A stretch of 64,000 nucleotides of DNA from Candidatus Omnitrophota bacterium (GCA_030681595.1 JAUXSB010000009.1:24265-88264), one strand, 5' to 3'; shown: positions 9,852 through 18,862, numbered from the stretch's first letter. Translations and numbers: made by a program. The notes: generated from the letters alone by a model not told the origin.

Positions 9852-11021
9852 TTGATGAATAAGCTTGCTCAGCGTGTCAAGGATATAGAACCGTCTTCGA
9901 CACTTGCTATAACTGCCCGCGCAAAAAAAATGCGCCAAGAAGGTTTGGATGTAATTAGTTTTGCCGCAGGTGAGCCTGATTTTGACACTCCTCAATATAT
10001 CAAAGACGCCGCTATAAAGGCATTAGCGGAAGGTTTTACTAAGTATACCCCCTCAAGCGGTATCCCCGAATTAAAAAAGGCCATCCAGAAAAAATTTAAG
10101 CTTGATAATAGCCTAGATTATGAACCAGAGCAGATTATCGTTTCTTGCGGGGCAAAACACTCACTTTTTAATATAATTCAAGTTTTGGTAGATAAAAATG
10201 CTGAGGTGCTTATCCCATCGCCTTATTGGGTGAGTTATCTGGAAATGGTTAAGTTTGCCCAAGGCAAAGCTGTAATTCTTAAGACAGACAGTAGAAACTC
10301 TTTTAAGCTTAACGCCGAAATTTTAAGTAAAAACATCACAAAGAAAACCAAGCTGCTTATTTTAAATTCTCCTTCTAATCCTGCAGGCTGTGTATACAAG
10401 AGAGAAGAACTTGATGACATCGCGCAAATATGCGTAAAAAATAAGCTATGGGTGTTAAGCGACGAGATATATGAGAAACTTATTTATGAAAATAATAAGC
10501 ATATTTCTATCGCCACTTTAAATAATGACATATATAAGCTTACCTTTGTAGTAAATGGCGTCTCTAAGGCTTACTCAATGACCGGCTGGCGCATAGGATA
10601 TCTTGCCGGAGATAAAGAGGCAGTAGAGGCAACAGCGAGGCTGCAGGATCACTCTACTTCTAATCCTTGTTCCATATCGCAAAAAGCGGCTTTGGCAGCG
10701 TTGTCTTCCGACAATGGCTTTATTGATAAGATGCGCCTTGAATTTGAGGAAAGGCGTAACCTGATGCTTTCCGAGTTAGATAAAATAGGGTTGGATTATA
10801 TTAAACCAGAAGGTGCGTTTTACGTTTTTCTGGATATTTCAAAGGCTAAGATTGGTTCATGGGAGTTCTGCGATAAATTTTTGGCGGAAAAATATGTTGC
10901 CGTAATCCCGGGTGCGGCATTTGGAAATGATAATTATGTACGTTTTAGTTTCGCGGCCAGTATGCCGGAAATAAAAAAAGGTTTAGAGCGGCTAAGAGAA
11001 TTCATAAGCTCGCCCCGTTAG
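9852..11021 (+). CDS. PLP-dependent aminotransferase class I (aspartate or aromatic aminotransferase-like)
   Basis: 389 aa with the PLP-lysine context SKAYSMTGWRIGY. Typical AspAT fold-type I signature. Confidence 0.85.
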   Translation: MMNKLAQRVKDIEPSSTLAITARAKKMRQEGLDVISFAAGEPDFDTPQYIKDAAIKALAEGFTKYTPSSGIPELKKAIQKKFKLDNSLDYEPEQIIVSCGAKHSLFNIIQVLVDKNAEVLIPSPYWVSYLEMVKFAQGKAVILKTDSRNSFKLNAEILSKNITKKTKLLILNSPSNPAGCVYKREELDDIAQICVKNKLWVLSDEIYEKLIYENNKHISIATLNNDIYKLTFVVNGVSKAYSMTGWRIGYLAGDKEAVEATARLQDHSTSNPCSISQKAALAALSSDNGFIDKMRLEFEERRNLMLSELDKIGLDYIKPEGAFYVFLDISKAKIGSWEFCDKFLAEKYVAVIPGAAFGNDNYVRFSFAASMPEIKKGLERLREFISSPR

Positions 11022-11182
11022 AGACCAGTCCGACTTCGGCCTGCCCGAATGAAGTCAGGCGGGTCTGGCGGGTAGGCCATCATAGATGGCCGTCTATTGC
11101 GGGATAGGTAATAATAAACGAATGGCTTCCATAAATAAGCAGTAGTTTCAAGCAGCATAAAACGTATCTCTAACGGGGTAAA

Positions 11183-12439
11183 ATGGGTAAAACTATTGTT
11201 GAAAAAATTTTAAGCGCCCACTCCGGAAAAGATCTGAAGCCGGGAGATTTTGCTATATGTGATGTAGATTTTTGCTTTGGGCAAGATGGCACTTCCGCGA
11301 TTATCATTGACCGGATTAAAGCGCTGGGCGTAAAAAATCTCGCCAATAAAGATAAATTTTGCATGGTCATAGACCATAGTTCTCCCAGCCCGAATATGGG
11401 GGTTTCCGCTGTCCATAGTAAGATGCGTGCGTTTGCAAAAGAGTTCGGTTTAAAAGTCTATGATATCGGCTGTGGAGTTTGTCATGAGGTGGTCCCGGCA
11501 GAAGGCAATGTCCTGCCCGGGGATTTGGTTTTGGGGGCAGATTCGCATACCTGCACCTATGGCGCAATCGGCGCATTCTCTACCGGCGTCGGATCAACCG
11601 ATTTGGCAGTTGCTTTAGCCAGCGGTAAAAACTGGTTCCGTGTCCCTGAAACGATAAAGATAGAAGTAAATGGAAAATTGCCTAAAGGCGTTTATGCCAA
11701 AGATTTGATTCTTTACATCATCGGCGACTTGGGAGCAAATGGCGCTACTTATAGGGCGGTTGAGTTTTATGGAAGCGCAATAGATAATTTATCTCTTGAC
11801 GGGCGTTTTACAATGAGTAATATGGTAGTAGAAATGGGCGCAAAATGCGCCTTCTTTCCGGTGGATGAAAAAGTTCTAAGCTGGGTAAAAGAAAAGAGCA
11901 TAAAGAGAAAACCCATAATTTATAAAGCAGATTCTAGCGCCGAATATTGCCTGGTTAAGGAATATGATGCCGGAGACATTGCGCCACAGGTGGCAAGGCC
12001 GCATACTGTTGATAATGTAGTTGCGGTAAAAAAGATAGAAGGCCTTAAAATTAACGAAGCATTTTTAGGCACCTGCACCAACGGAAGGCTTGATGATTTG
12101 AAGGTGGCTTGGCGAATTTTAAAGGGAAGAAAAGTTAATCCGAAGATTAAATTCATTATCGCGCCAGCTTCACGCAGGATTTATTTGGAGGCATTAAAAT
12201 TAGGTTTTATAGAAACTTTTATAAAGGCGGAAGCGGTAGTGATTACTCCGGGATGCGGGCCGTGCGTGGGCACCCATATGGGTATTCCCGCAGATAAAGA
12301 AGTAGTGCTTTCAACGGCAAACAGGAATTTTAAGGGCAGGATGGGAAATCCTGAGTCGGAAATCTATCTTGCTTCTCCGGCTACTGTTTGCGCTTCAGCT
12401 GTTAGCGGCAAAATAACCGACCCACGGAAATATTTATAG
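11183..12439 (+). CDS. leuC: 3-isopropylmalate / citramalate dehydratase large subunit (aconitase family, archaeal-type LeuC)
   Basis: 418 aa. Has the aconitase cluster-ligand context (…GTCTNGR…, …PGCGPCVG…). Confidence 0.88.
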   Translation: MGKTIVEKILSAHSGKDLKPGDFAICDVDFCFGQDGTSAIIIDRIKALGVKNLANKDKFCMVIDHSSPSPNMGVSAVHSKMRAFAKEFGLKVYDIGCGVCHEVVPAEGNVLPGDLVLGADSHTCTYGAIGAFSTGVGSTDLAVALASGKNWFRVPETIKIEVNGKLPKGVYAKDLILYIIGDLGANGATYRAVEFYGSAIDNLSLDGRFTMSNMVVEMGAKCAFFPVDEKVLSWVKEKSIKRKPIIYKADSSAEYCLVKEYDAGDIAPQVARPHTVDNVVAVKKIEGLKINEAFLGTCTNGRLDDLKVAWRILKGRKVNPKIKFIIAPASRRIYLEALKLGFIETFIKAEAVVITPGCGPCVGTHMGIPADKEVVLSTANRNFKGRMGNPESEIYLASPATVCASAVSGKITDPRKYL

Positions 12440-12458
12440 CTATTATTAAGGAGGAATA

Positions 12459-13508
12459 ATGTTGGATTTAAGGACTTTGCTTATGGCGACCATAGAGAAA
12501 AAGGCTTCAGACTTGCATATTACCGATAACGCCCCTCCGATAATGCGCGTTTATGGAAAATTGATACATACGGAATTTCCCAAGTTAAACAAAGAAGATA
12601 CTAAAAAATTAATCTACAGTATGCTTAATGAGACACAAAAAGAAGCTTTTGAAAAAGATTTAGAACTGGATCTTTCGCTTGCGCTTCCCGGCCTTGACCG
12701 TTTCCGGGTAAATGTGCATATCCAGAGGGGTACTGTTGAGGCGGCGTTCCGCAGGATTCCCCTGATTATACCCACAGTTGAAGATCTAGGCCTGCCGCAA
12801 ATAGCGCTTGATTTGTCAAGAAAACCAAATGGCCTGGTTTTGGTGACCGGCCCCACAGGTGTAGGTAAGACGACAACGCTTGCGGCAATGGTGAATTTAA
12901 TTAATGCTGAACGGGAAAACATAATTATTTGTATTGAAGACCCGATAGAATTCTTGCATTACAACAAAAAAAGCATTATTAAGCAACGCGAAGTCTATTC
13001 TGATACTAAATCTTTTGCTGAGGCGTTACGGCATGCCCTTCGCCAGGATCCAAATGTTATTGTCGTCGGTGAAATGCGCGATTTAGAAACCATCGCGACA
13101 GCATTAACCGCCGCGGAAACCGGACATTTGGTTTTGGCTACTTTGCATACTCCGGATGCCCCACAGACGGTGCAAAGAATTATTGATGTTTTTCCTCCGC
13201 ACCAGCAGCAGCAGGTAAGGCTGCAACTATCCGACTGCTTGCAGGGTGTTGTATCACAGCTGCTCCTTCCCAGGGCTATCGGCGAGGGAAGAGTTTTGGC
13301 TACAGAAATAATGATCGGGACAAGCGGTATTAAGAACTTAATCCGTGAACAGGAGATAGAACAGATCCCTACCTTAATACAGACAGGCGCGCAATATGGC
13401 ATGAGGACGATGGATAAGTCTTTAAAGGAACTGTATAGGACGGGGATTATTTCTTATGAAACAGCGCTGGCTAGGGTTAAAAATCCTCAGGATTTCAGGA
13501 ATCTTTAA
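12459..13508 (+). CDS. pilT: type IV pilus retraction ATPase PilT
   Basis: 349 aa. Walker A GPTGVGKTTT, Asp box, Walker B and His box, with an N-terminal PilT N domain. Confidence 0.88.
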   Translation: MLDLRTLLMATIEKKASDLHITDNAPPIMRVYGKLIHTEFPKLNKEDTKKLIYSMLNETQKEAFEKDLELDLSLALPGLDRFRVNVHIQRGTVEAAFRRIPLIIPTVEDLGLPQIALDLSRKPNGLVLVTGPTGVGKTTTLAAMVNLINAERENIIICIEDPIEFLHYNKKSIIKQREVYSDTKSFAEALRHALRQDPNVIVVGEMRDLETIATALTAAETGHLVLATLHTPDAPQTVQRIIDVFPPHQQQQVRLQLSDCLQGVVSQLLLPRAIGEGRVLATEIMIGTSGIKNLIREQEIEQIPTLIQTGAQYGMRTMDKSLKELYRTGIISYETALARVKNPQDFRNL

Positions 13509-13522
13509 CGGGGCTATCCGTA

Positions 13523-14029
13523 ATGAATATTAAAGTTAAGGGTACTGCAATAAAGCTAGGCAGCGATATAAATACCGACTTGATTATTTCCGGAAGGTAT
13601 AAATTTTCCATAACCGATATGAAAGAGCTTTCTAGGCATATCTTTGAAGATTTGGATAAAGACTTTGCCGGAAAGATCAAGCCTAATGAGTCTATCATTA
13701 CCGCGGGGGAGAATTTTGGCATGGGCTCATCCCGAGAGCAGGCGCCGTTAGCGATAAAAGAAGCTGGGATATTAGCTGTGGTAGCCAAAAGCTTTGCCCG
13801 CATATTTTACCGAAATGCTTTTAATATCGGCTTATTGCTTATTGAAGCAGATACCGATAAAATATCTGAAAATGACAAGATAGATATAGATTTGGATAAG
13901 GGCATACTTAAGAATGAAACCAAGGGTTCTCTTATAGAAATTAAGCCTATGCCGAATGTGCTTAAGGCCTTATTTCTAGACGGCGGCTTAGTAAATCACT
14001 TCAAAAAGCATCAGGGATTAGAATTATAG
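13523..14029 (+). CDS. leuD: 3-isopropylmalate / citramalate dehydratase small subunit
   Basis: 168 aa aconitase swivel domain (…GENFGMGSSREQAP…). Confidence 0.88.
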   Translation: MNIKVKGTAIKLGSDINTDLIISGRYKFSITDMKELSRHIFEDLDKDFAGKIKPNESIITAGENFGMGSSREQAPLAIKEAGILAVVAKSFARIFYRNAFNIGLLLIEADTDKISENDKIDIDLDKGILKNETKGSLIEIKPMPNVLKALFLDGGLVNHFKKHQGLEL

Positions 14030-14032
14030 CGC

Positions 14033-14061
14033 GGCCTTTTTAAAAAAAGGCCATTTTTTTA
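14033..14061 (+). terminator. rho-independent terminator after leuD
   Basis: ggccttttt-aa-aaaaaggcc stem, followed by attttttt. Confidence 0.6.
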
Positions 14062-14067
14062 TTTCTA

Positions 14068-14099
14068 TTGTCAACTAAATTAACTATATAAGTTGACAA
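14068..14099 (+). promoter_or_regulatory. BirA-type bio operator (TTGTCAACT-N14-AGTTGACAA) overlapping the bioB promoter
   Basis: Perfect 9-bp inverted repeat with a 14-bp AT-rich spacer. It matches the TGTnAAC…GTTnACA BirA half-site consensus and lies 20 bp upstream of bioB. The right arm contains a TTGACA-like hexamer. Confidence 0.65.
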
Positions 14100-14119
14100 T
14101 TTATTTATAGGGTGTTCTT

Positions 14120-15109
14120 ATGCCAAAGGATTTATTGTTGCGCCTGAAAGAAAAGGTTTTAAATGGCGAATGCCTTACTTTCCGGGAAGCTGAAGGCTTG
14201 AGTTTGATTGATAATAACAGTCTAATGCTGTTCTTATCCGCCGCTTCGGAAATTACCAAGAAATACCGCTGTGATACTATAAATTTGTGCGCTATTACCA
14301 ACGCCCGTTCAGGGCTGTGTCCGGAGGATTGCTCATTTTGCGCGCAATCCTCCCATCACAATACGGCAATAGCGGTATATCCGCTTATTTCTGAAGATGC
14401 GTTGGTGAAGAGGGCGGAGGAGGCAGTAAAACATTTAACTAACCGTTTTTGCATTGTTACCAGCGGCCGTAGCGTAAATGACAGCGAAACAGAAGTAATT
14501 GCAGGCGCAATCGTAAAAATAAAAAATAAATTCCCCCGTCTTAAGATAGACGCTTCGCTGGGCATATTAAATGAGAAACAGATAGAAAAACTAAAGGCGT
14601 CCGGCCTTGACCGCTATAACCATAATTTAGAGACAGCGGAAAGTTATTTTTCTAAAATATGCACAACACATACCTATGCCGATAGGATAAAAACTATTAG
14701 GCTTATTAAAAAAGCAGGTATTGAGATCTGCTGCGGCGGCATTATCGGTTTAGGCGAAACAGAAAGCCAAAGGATAGAGTTTGCTTTCGCATTAGCCAAA
14801 TTGGATATTGACAGCCTGCCGCTTAATTTTCTAAACCCTATCCCAAAAACCCGCCTTGCGGCTATTCAGCCGCTTTTGCCTTTAGATATCCTTAAAACCA
14901 TTGCCTTGTTCCGTTTTATACTTCCAAAAAAAGAAATAAGAATCTGCGGAGGTAGGCAGGCCAATTTACGCAGCCTGCAGCCGCTTATTTTTACGGCCGG
15001 AGCAGATGCGATTATCATCGGAAACTACCTTACTACCAGAGGCAGTTATCCGCAGGATGACCTATTGATGATTCAGGATTTAGGCCTTAAAGTCGATGCA
15101 CTACCTTAA
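14120..15109 (+). CDS. bioB: biotin synthase (radical SAM)
   Basis: CPEDCSFC radical-SAM motif and BioB YNHNLET motif. Confidence 0.92.
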   Translation: MPKDLLLRLKEKVLNGECLTFREAEGLSLIDNNSLMLFLSAASEITKKYRCDTINLCAITNARSGLCPEDCSFCAQSSHHNTAIAVYPLISEDALVKRAEEAVKHLTNRFCIVTSGRSVNDSETEVIAGAIVKIKNKFPRLKIDASLGILNEKQIEKLKASGLDRYNHNLETAESYFSKICTTHTYADRIKTIRLIKKAGIEICCGGIIGLGETESQRIEFAFALAKLDIDSLPLNFLNPIPKTRLAAIQPLLPLDILKTIALFRFILPKKEIRICGGRQANLRSLQPLIFTAGADAIIIGNYLTTRGSYPQDDLLMIQDLGLKVDALP

Positions 15110-16265
15110 GAAAGAATTAGAAGAATTAGAAGGAGAGGGCCTTTTTAGGGATCTAAGGCTTTTAGATGGCCCGCAGGAAGCAAAGGTTATTATCGGGAAA
15201 AAACAGTTGATTAACCTTTGTTCTAATAACTACTTAGGCCTTTCTAATAATGAGCAGCTTAAAAAAGCGGCCATAGGAGCAGTAAAAGAGTACGGCGTAG
15301 GCTCAGGCGCTTCCCGTTTAATCTGCGGAAACATGCTTTTGCATAAGAAATTAGAAGAAAGGATTGCGCGGTTTAAAAAAACCGAAAGCGCCCTTGTTTT
15401 TAATAGCGGTTATTCTGCTAACTTAGGAGTAATTACGAGCCTCGTTGGAAAGGGTGACGCGGTTTTTTCTGACCGATTAAATCACGCTTCCATTGTAGAC
15501 GCGGCTCTTCTCTCCGGGGCGGAATTTAAGCGTTACCCACACAGGGATATGGAAAAATTAGAGACTTTACTGAAATGCTCTTCTAATTTTAGGAGGCGTT
15601 TAATCGTAAGCGATTCTGTTTTTAGCATGGACGGAGATTTAGCCCCGCTTCTTCAGTTAGTGAGCCTTGCCAAAAAATACGACTCTCTCTTATATATAGA
15701 TGAGGCGCATGCCACCGGAGTACTAGGTAAAAAAGGCAGGGGGGCACTAGAATATTTTGGCGTAGAAGAAAATGATTTTATTATTCAGATGGGGACTTTA
15801 AGTAAGGCAATCGGCAGCTTTGGCGCTTATGTTTGCGGCGTAAAAACACTCATTGATTATTTGATAAATAGGGCAAGAGCGTTTATTTATACTACCGCGC
15901 TTCCGGTTTGCGTTTGCGCTTCTTCCATTGCCGCGTTAGATATAATTGAAGGTGATTGTTTATTGCGCGATAAACTTAGGGAAAAGATAAAATTTTTCCG
16001 GGATAACCTAAGGTCTTTTGGGTTTAGTGTTTCAAATGATCCTACGCCGATAATACCTTTATTGATAGGGGATGCTGGGCGCGCAATGGAATTTAGCAGG
16101 AGATTATTTGAAGAAGGCGTTTTTGTACAGGGGATCAGGCCGCCGACGGTTCCGAAAGGTTCCTCTCGTTTACGTATAACTATAATGGCAACGCATGAGG
16201 AAAAAGACCTATGCTATGCATCAGGTAGGATCGCAAACGTTGCAAAAGGCATGGGTTTAATTTAA
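15096..16265 (+). CDS. bioF: 8-amino-7-oxononanoate synthase
   Basis: 389 aa alpha-oxoamine synthase. The PLP lysine lies in GTLSKAIGSFG. Confidence 0.9.
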   Translation: MHYLKKELEELEGEGLFRDLRLLDGPQEAKVIIGKKQLINLCSNNYLGLSNNEQLKKAAIGAVKEYGVGSGASRLICGNMLLHKKLEERIARFKKTESALVFNSGYSANLGVITSLVGKGDAVFSDRLNHASIVDAALLSGAEFKRYPHRDMEKLETLLKCSSNFRRRLIVSDSVFSMDGDLAPLLQLVSLAKKYDSLLYIDEAHATGVLGKKGRGALEYFGVEENDFIIQMGTLSKAIGSFGAYVCGVKTLIDYLINRARAFIYTTALPVCVCASSIAALDIIEGDCLLRDKLREKIKFFRDNLRSFGFSVSNDPTPIIPLLIGDAGRAMEFSRRLFEEGVFVQGIRPPTVPKGSSRLRITIMATHEEKDLCYASGRIANVAKGMGLI

Positions 16266-16364
16266 GGGTTTTTTAAGTCATATTTTTGTAGGGTTATTGA
16301 GAAACGTAAAACTAATGGAACTTCTTCGCAGACGAAATTCCATTAGTTTTGCGTACTTCTATAG

Positions 16365-17036
16365 ATGGTTAAAACGATAGTTTTTTTGCCGGGATGGAGT
16401 TTTAAGGCGCAAATTTGGGCAGGGCAAGAGAAATATTTCTCGGAATTAGGCTTTAGGACCATCCTGTGTGAATTAGAAGAGTTAGACGGCTACATTAAAA
16501 GTACCCGGCTAGAAGAAACCGTATTTATTGCCTGGTCGCTTGGTTGGTTTAGGTTATTGGATGTTTTGAAAAGCAGCTTTTCTTTGCCTTGCGCAATAGT
16601 AGGGGTGTCTGCCGCCATAAAATTTAAAAAATCGTTATTACGCCTCATGATACAGGAATTTAAAAAAGACCATAGGAAGGCATTATCGGATTTTGACAGT
16701 TGGTTATTTAGCCCTGAAGAAAAAGATTCGTCCGGTTTCGGTATTTTAAACGGGCTAATAGCGCAATCAAGAATAAATGATAAAGAAAGATTACTCAGGG
16801 ATTTATTGTTTCTTAAGGCACTAGACTTAGAAGGTTTCTTAACTACTTTTCGCCTGCCTGTTTTTTTAGTGTCAGGTAATAAAGATATAATTTGCCCTAT
16901 CGATGAAGCGATGCATTTAAAGCCGGTTTTACCCGATAGTCAGATAAAGGTAATGGAAGCAGGTCATATTCCTTTTTTGACAAGTAGCGCAGAATTTAAC
17001 CATTGTATCGGCTCATACCTACTGAGCCTCCGATAA
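16365..17036 (+). CDS. alpha/beta-hydrolase, pimeloyl-ACP methyl ester esterase (BioH/BioG-like)
   Basis: 223 aa, nucleophile elbow AWSLG. Lies between bioF and bioC. Confidence 0.7.
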   Translation: MVKTIVFLPGWSFKAQIWAGQEKYFSELGFRTILCELEELDGYIKSTRLEETVFIAWSLGWFRLLDVLKSSFSLPCAIVGVSAAIKFKKSLLRLMIQEFKKDHRKALSDFDSWLFSPEEKDSSGFGILNGLIAQSRINDKERLLRDLLFLKALDLEGFLTTFRLPVFLVSGNKDIICPIDEAMHLKPVLPDSQIKVMEAGHIPFLTSSAEFNHCIGSYLLSLR

Positions 17037-17340
17037 ATAATAGGCACATTGGCTGAGACGATTTGGTTTTGGCTATATTGAAAGCCAAACCACTGCTTTC
17101 TAGCTTTGTTGGAGCGAGACAAGGAACGAGGACGCCGGCGTAGTCGCAGTACTACGCCAAAGACGAGTGACGCAGGCGCAGCCCAAAAGCGGCCAGCCCC
17201 TTCGGGGAAGGCGCATCTTTGGCCTGCTACCGCGTTGCTCCTCCTCGAAGTAGTGCATAGACTACATCTTCGTCGTCGCGCCTTGCATCAGGCTCAAATC
17301 TTCGCCTTCCGATGTACCCATTATTTATCGGAGGCTCAGT
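17021..17340. mobile_element. MITE-like 320-bp insert bounded by perfect 20-bp terminal inverted repeats, between bioH and bioC
   Basis: 17021-17040 (actgagcctccgataaataa) is the exact reverse complement of 17321-17340. The interior is GC-rich, unlike the flanks, and contains a cccc-ttcg-gggg hairpin. The left TIR supplies the bioH stop codon. The interior shares an identical 25-mer with the hisS 3' end (50128-50152). The ORF 17106..17342 inside it is probably spurious. Confidence 0.5.
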
Positions 17341-17353
17341 GAAAGGTTTAGCG

Positions 17354-18130
17354 ATGATTTCTAAAGAATTAATCCGGAGGAATTTTTCAAATGTAGCGGC
17401 CAATTATGACGAGCACGCTGTTATACAAAAAAAATCCGGCTGCGAGCTCGTCGGACAATTACGAAAAGATAAAAATAATTATGGAGCGATTTTAGATATA
17501 GGCACGGGGACAGGCGGTTTATTGAGGGATTTGTCTTTGGTGTGCAGGCCCGCGTTAATATGCGGTCTGGACATTTCTTCCAATATGCTTATAAAAGCCA
17601 GGGCGTCTGAAAAGAGTAGCTTCTTTATACAGGCCGATGCAGAAAACATTCCTTTTAAAAAAAACACATTTGATTTAGTCGTTTCTAATTTGGCTTATCA
17701 GTGGCTTATGGATTTAGATAGCGCTTTTATTCAACTAGCAGGGATTTTAAAAGAAAGAGGGATGTTTTATTTTACTTCTTTTGGCCGCCGGACGCTTTCC
17801 GAACTAAGGGAATGTCTCAAGTCGGTAAAAGAAGCATCCGATTACAACATTTTTCCCGCAAAGGAAGCAATGCATTCCAAATTAAAAAATGCTGGGTTTG
17901 CGAATATTAAAATTATCTCGAAAATAGAGAAAGAGTTTTTTGTTGATTCTTTCAGCCTTATCCGCTGGTTAAAATATTCTGGGGCAAACAGGATAGGCGT
18001 TCGGTTTAATGGGCTTGAGGCGCGGGGTGTACTTAAAGAAATGGATAAATTATATTTAGAGAAATACCCGGCTGGCGGCGGCGTATTTGCCTCGTTTGAA
18101 AGATATATTGTTAAAGCAGAAAAAAGATGA
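17354..18130 (+). CDS. bioC: malonyl-ACP O-methyltransferase
   Basis: SAM-methyltransferase motif ILDIGTGTG. The ORF track starts at 17312 inside the right TIR. The Met at 17354 (MISKELIRRNF) aligns with typical BioC N-termini. Confidence 0.82.
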   Translation: MISKELIRRNFSNVAANYDEHAVIQKKSGCELVGQLRKDKNNYGAILDIGTGTGGLLRDLSLVCRPALICGLDISSNMLIKARASEKSSFFIQADAENIPFKKNTFDLVVSNLAYQWLMDLDSAFIQLAGILKERGMFYFTSFGRRTLSELRECLKSVKEASDYNIFPAKEAMHSKLKNAGFANIKIISKIEKEFFVDSFSLIRWLKYSGANRIGVRFNGLEARGVLKEMDKLYLEKYPAGGGVFASFERYIVKAEKR

Positions 18131-18200
18131 GCCCCGCCCTTCCTGAAATTTGATAAAGTAGGAAGGCATGGGCCAGAAAGAGAAAGGAAGAGCGGGGTGA
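18131..18200 (+). promoter_or_regulatory. repeated leader element copy 1: ccccgcccttcct … gaaaggaagagcggggtGa, embedding the SD and GTG start of bioD
   Basis: Near-identical ends to the element at 27995-28046. The cttcct tract can pair with either of two downstream aggaag tracts. The bioD GTG lies inside the 3' arm. Confidence 0.5.
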
Positions 18201-18862
18201 GAAAAGGTGTCTTTATCAGTGCAACCGGCACGGGCATAGGCAAGACTTTAATTAGTTCTTGTATCATACGTCTTTTAAGATTAAAGAAAATAGACTGCGG
18301 CGTAATGAAGCCCGTACAGTGCGGCGGAGACGATGCCCAGCGCCTGATCCGGCGCGCTGGAGTAAATGATCCCATAGGATTGGTAAGCCCTTTTTATTCT
18401 AAATACCCATATGCTCCGCTCGTTGCATTTAAGAAAGAGGGGATAAATTTTAATGCAGGCATAGTTATTTCAAGTTTTAAGGCTTTATCCAAGCGGCATA
18501 AATTTATGGTTGTAGAGGGCGCAGGAGGGATGCTCGTTCCTTTAGCGAATAATTATTTTATCGCGGATTTAGTTTTAGATTTAAAACTTCCGCTTATAAT
18601 TATTGCTTCAACAGCCTTAGGCACAATAAACCATACCCTGCTTACGGTTGAATCCGCCAAAAAGAGGAAAATAAAGATTCTAGGCATTATCTTTAATAAT
18701 TTATCTCTTAAGGCCGGAGTTGCAGAAAAGATAAATCCGGAAGTCATCCAGAGAATCTGCCGCCTGCCAATATTGGGCAATATCCCCTATATACAGCCAT
18801 GCATAAACAACAAAAATATCCTTAAGCTAGGCATAGACTTAGGCAGGATTTTACATGAGTAA
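18197..18862 (+). CDS. bioD: dethiobiotin synthetase
   Basis: GTG start. P-loop TGTGIGKT. Confidence 0.88.
   Translation: MRKGVFISATGTGIGKTLISSCIIRLLRLKKIDCGVMKPVQCGGDDAQRLIRRAGVNDPIGLVSPFYSKYPYAPLVAFKKEGINFNAGIVISSFKALSKRHKFMVVEGAGGMLVPLANNYFIADLVLDLKLPLIIIASTALGTINHTLLTVESAKKRKIKILGIIFNNLSLKAGVAEKINPEVIQRICRLPILGNIPYIQPCINNKNILKLGIDLGRILHE

Noticed and set aside
11170-11576. Several 60-70 aa - strand ORFs inside leuC
   Set aside because: Antisense to a conserved aconitase-family gene, with no independent support.
17106-17342. 78-aa Arg/Ala-rich ORF on the + strand
   Set aside because: It lies wholly inside the GC-rich TIR-flanked insert. Its composition reflects the GC bias of the repeat, and it has no RBS. 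Judged spurious.
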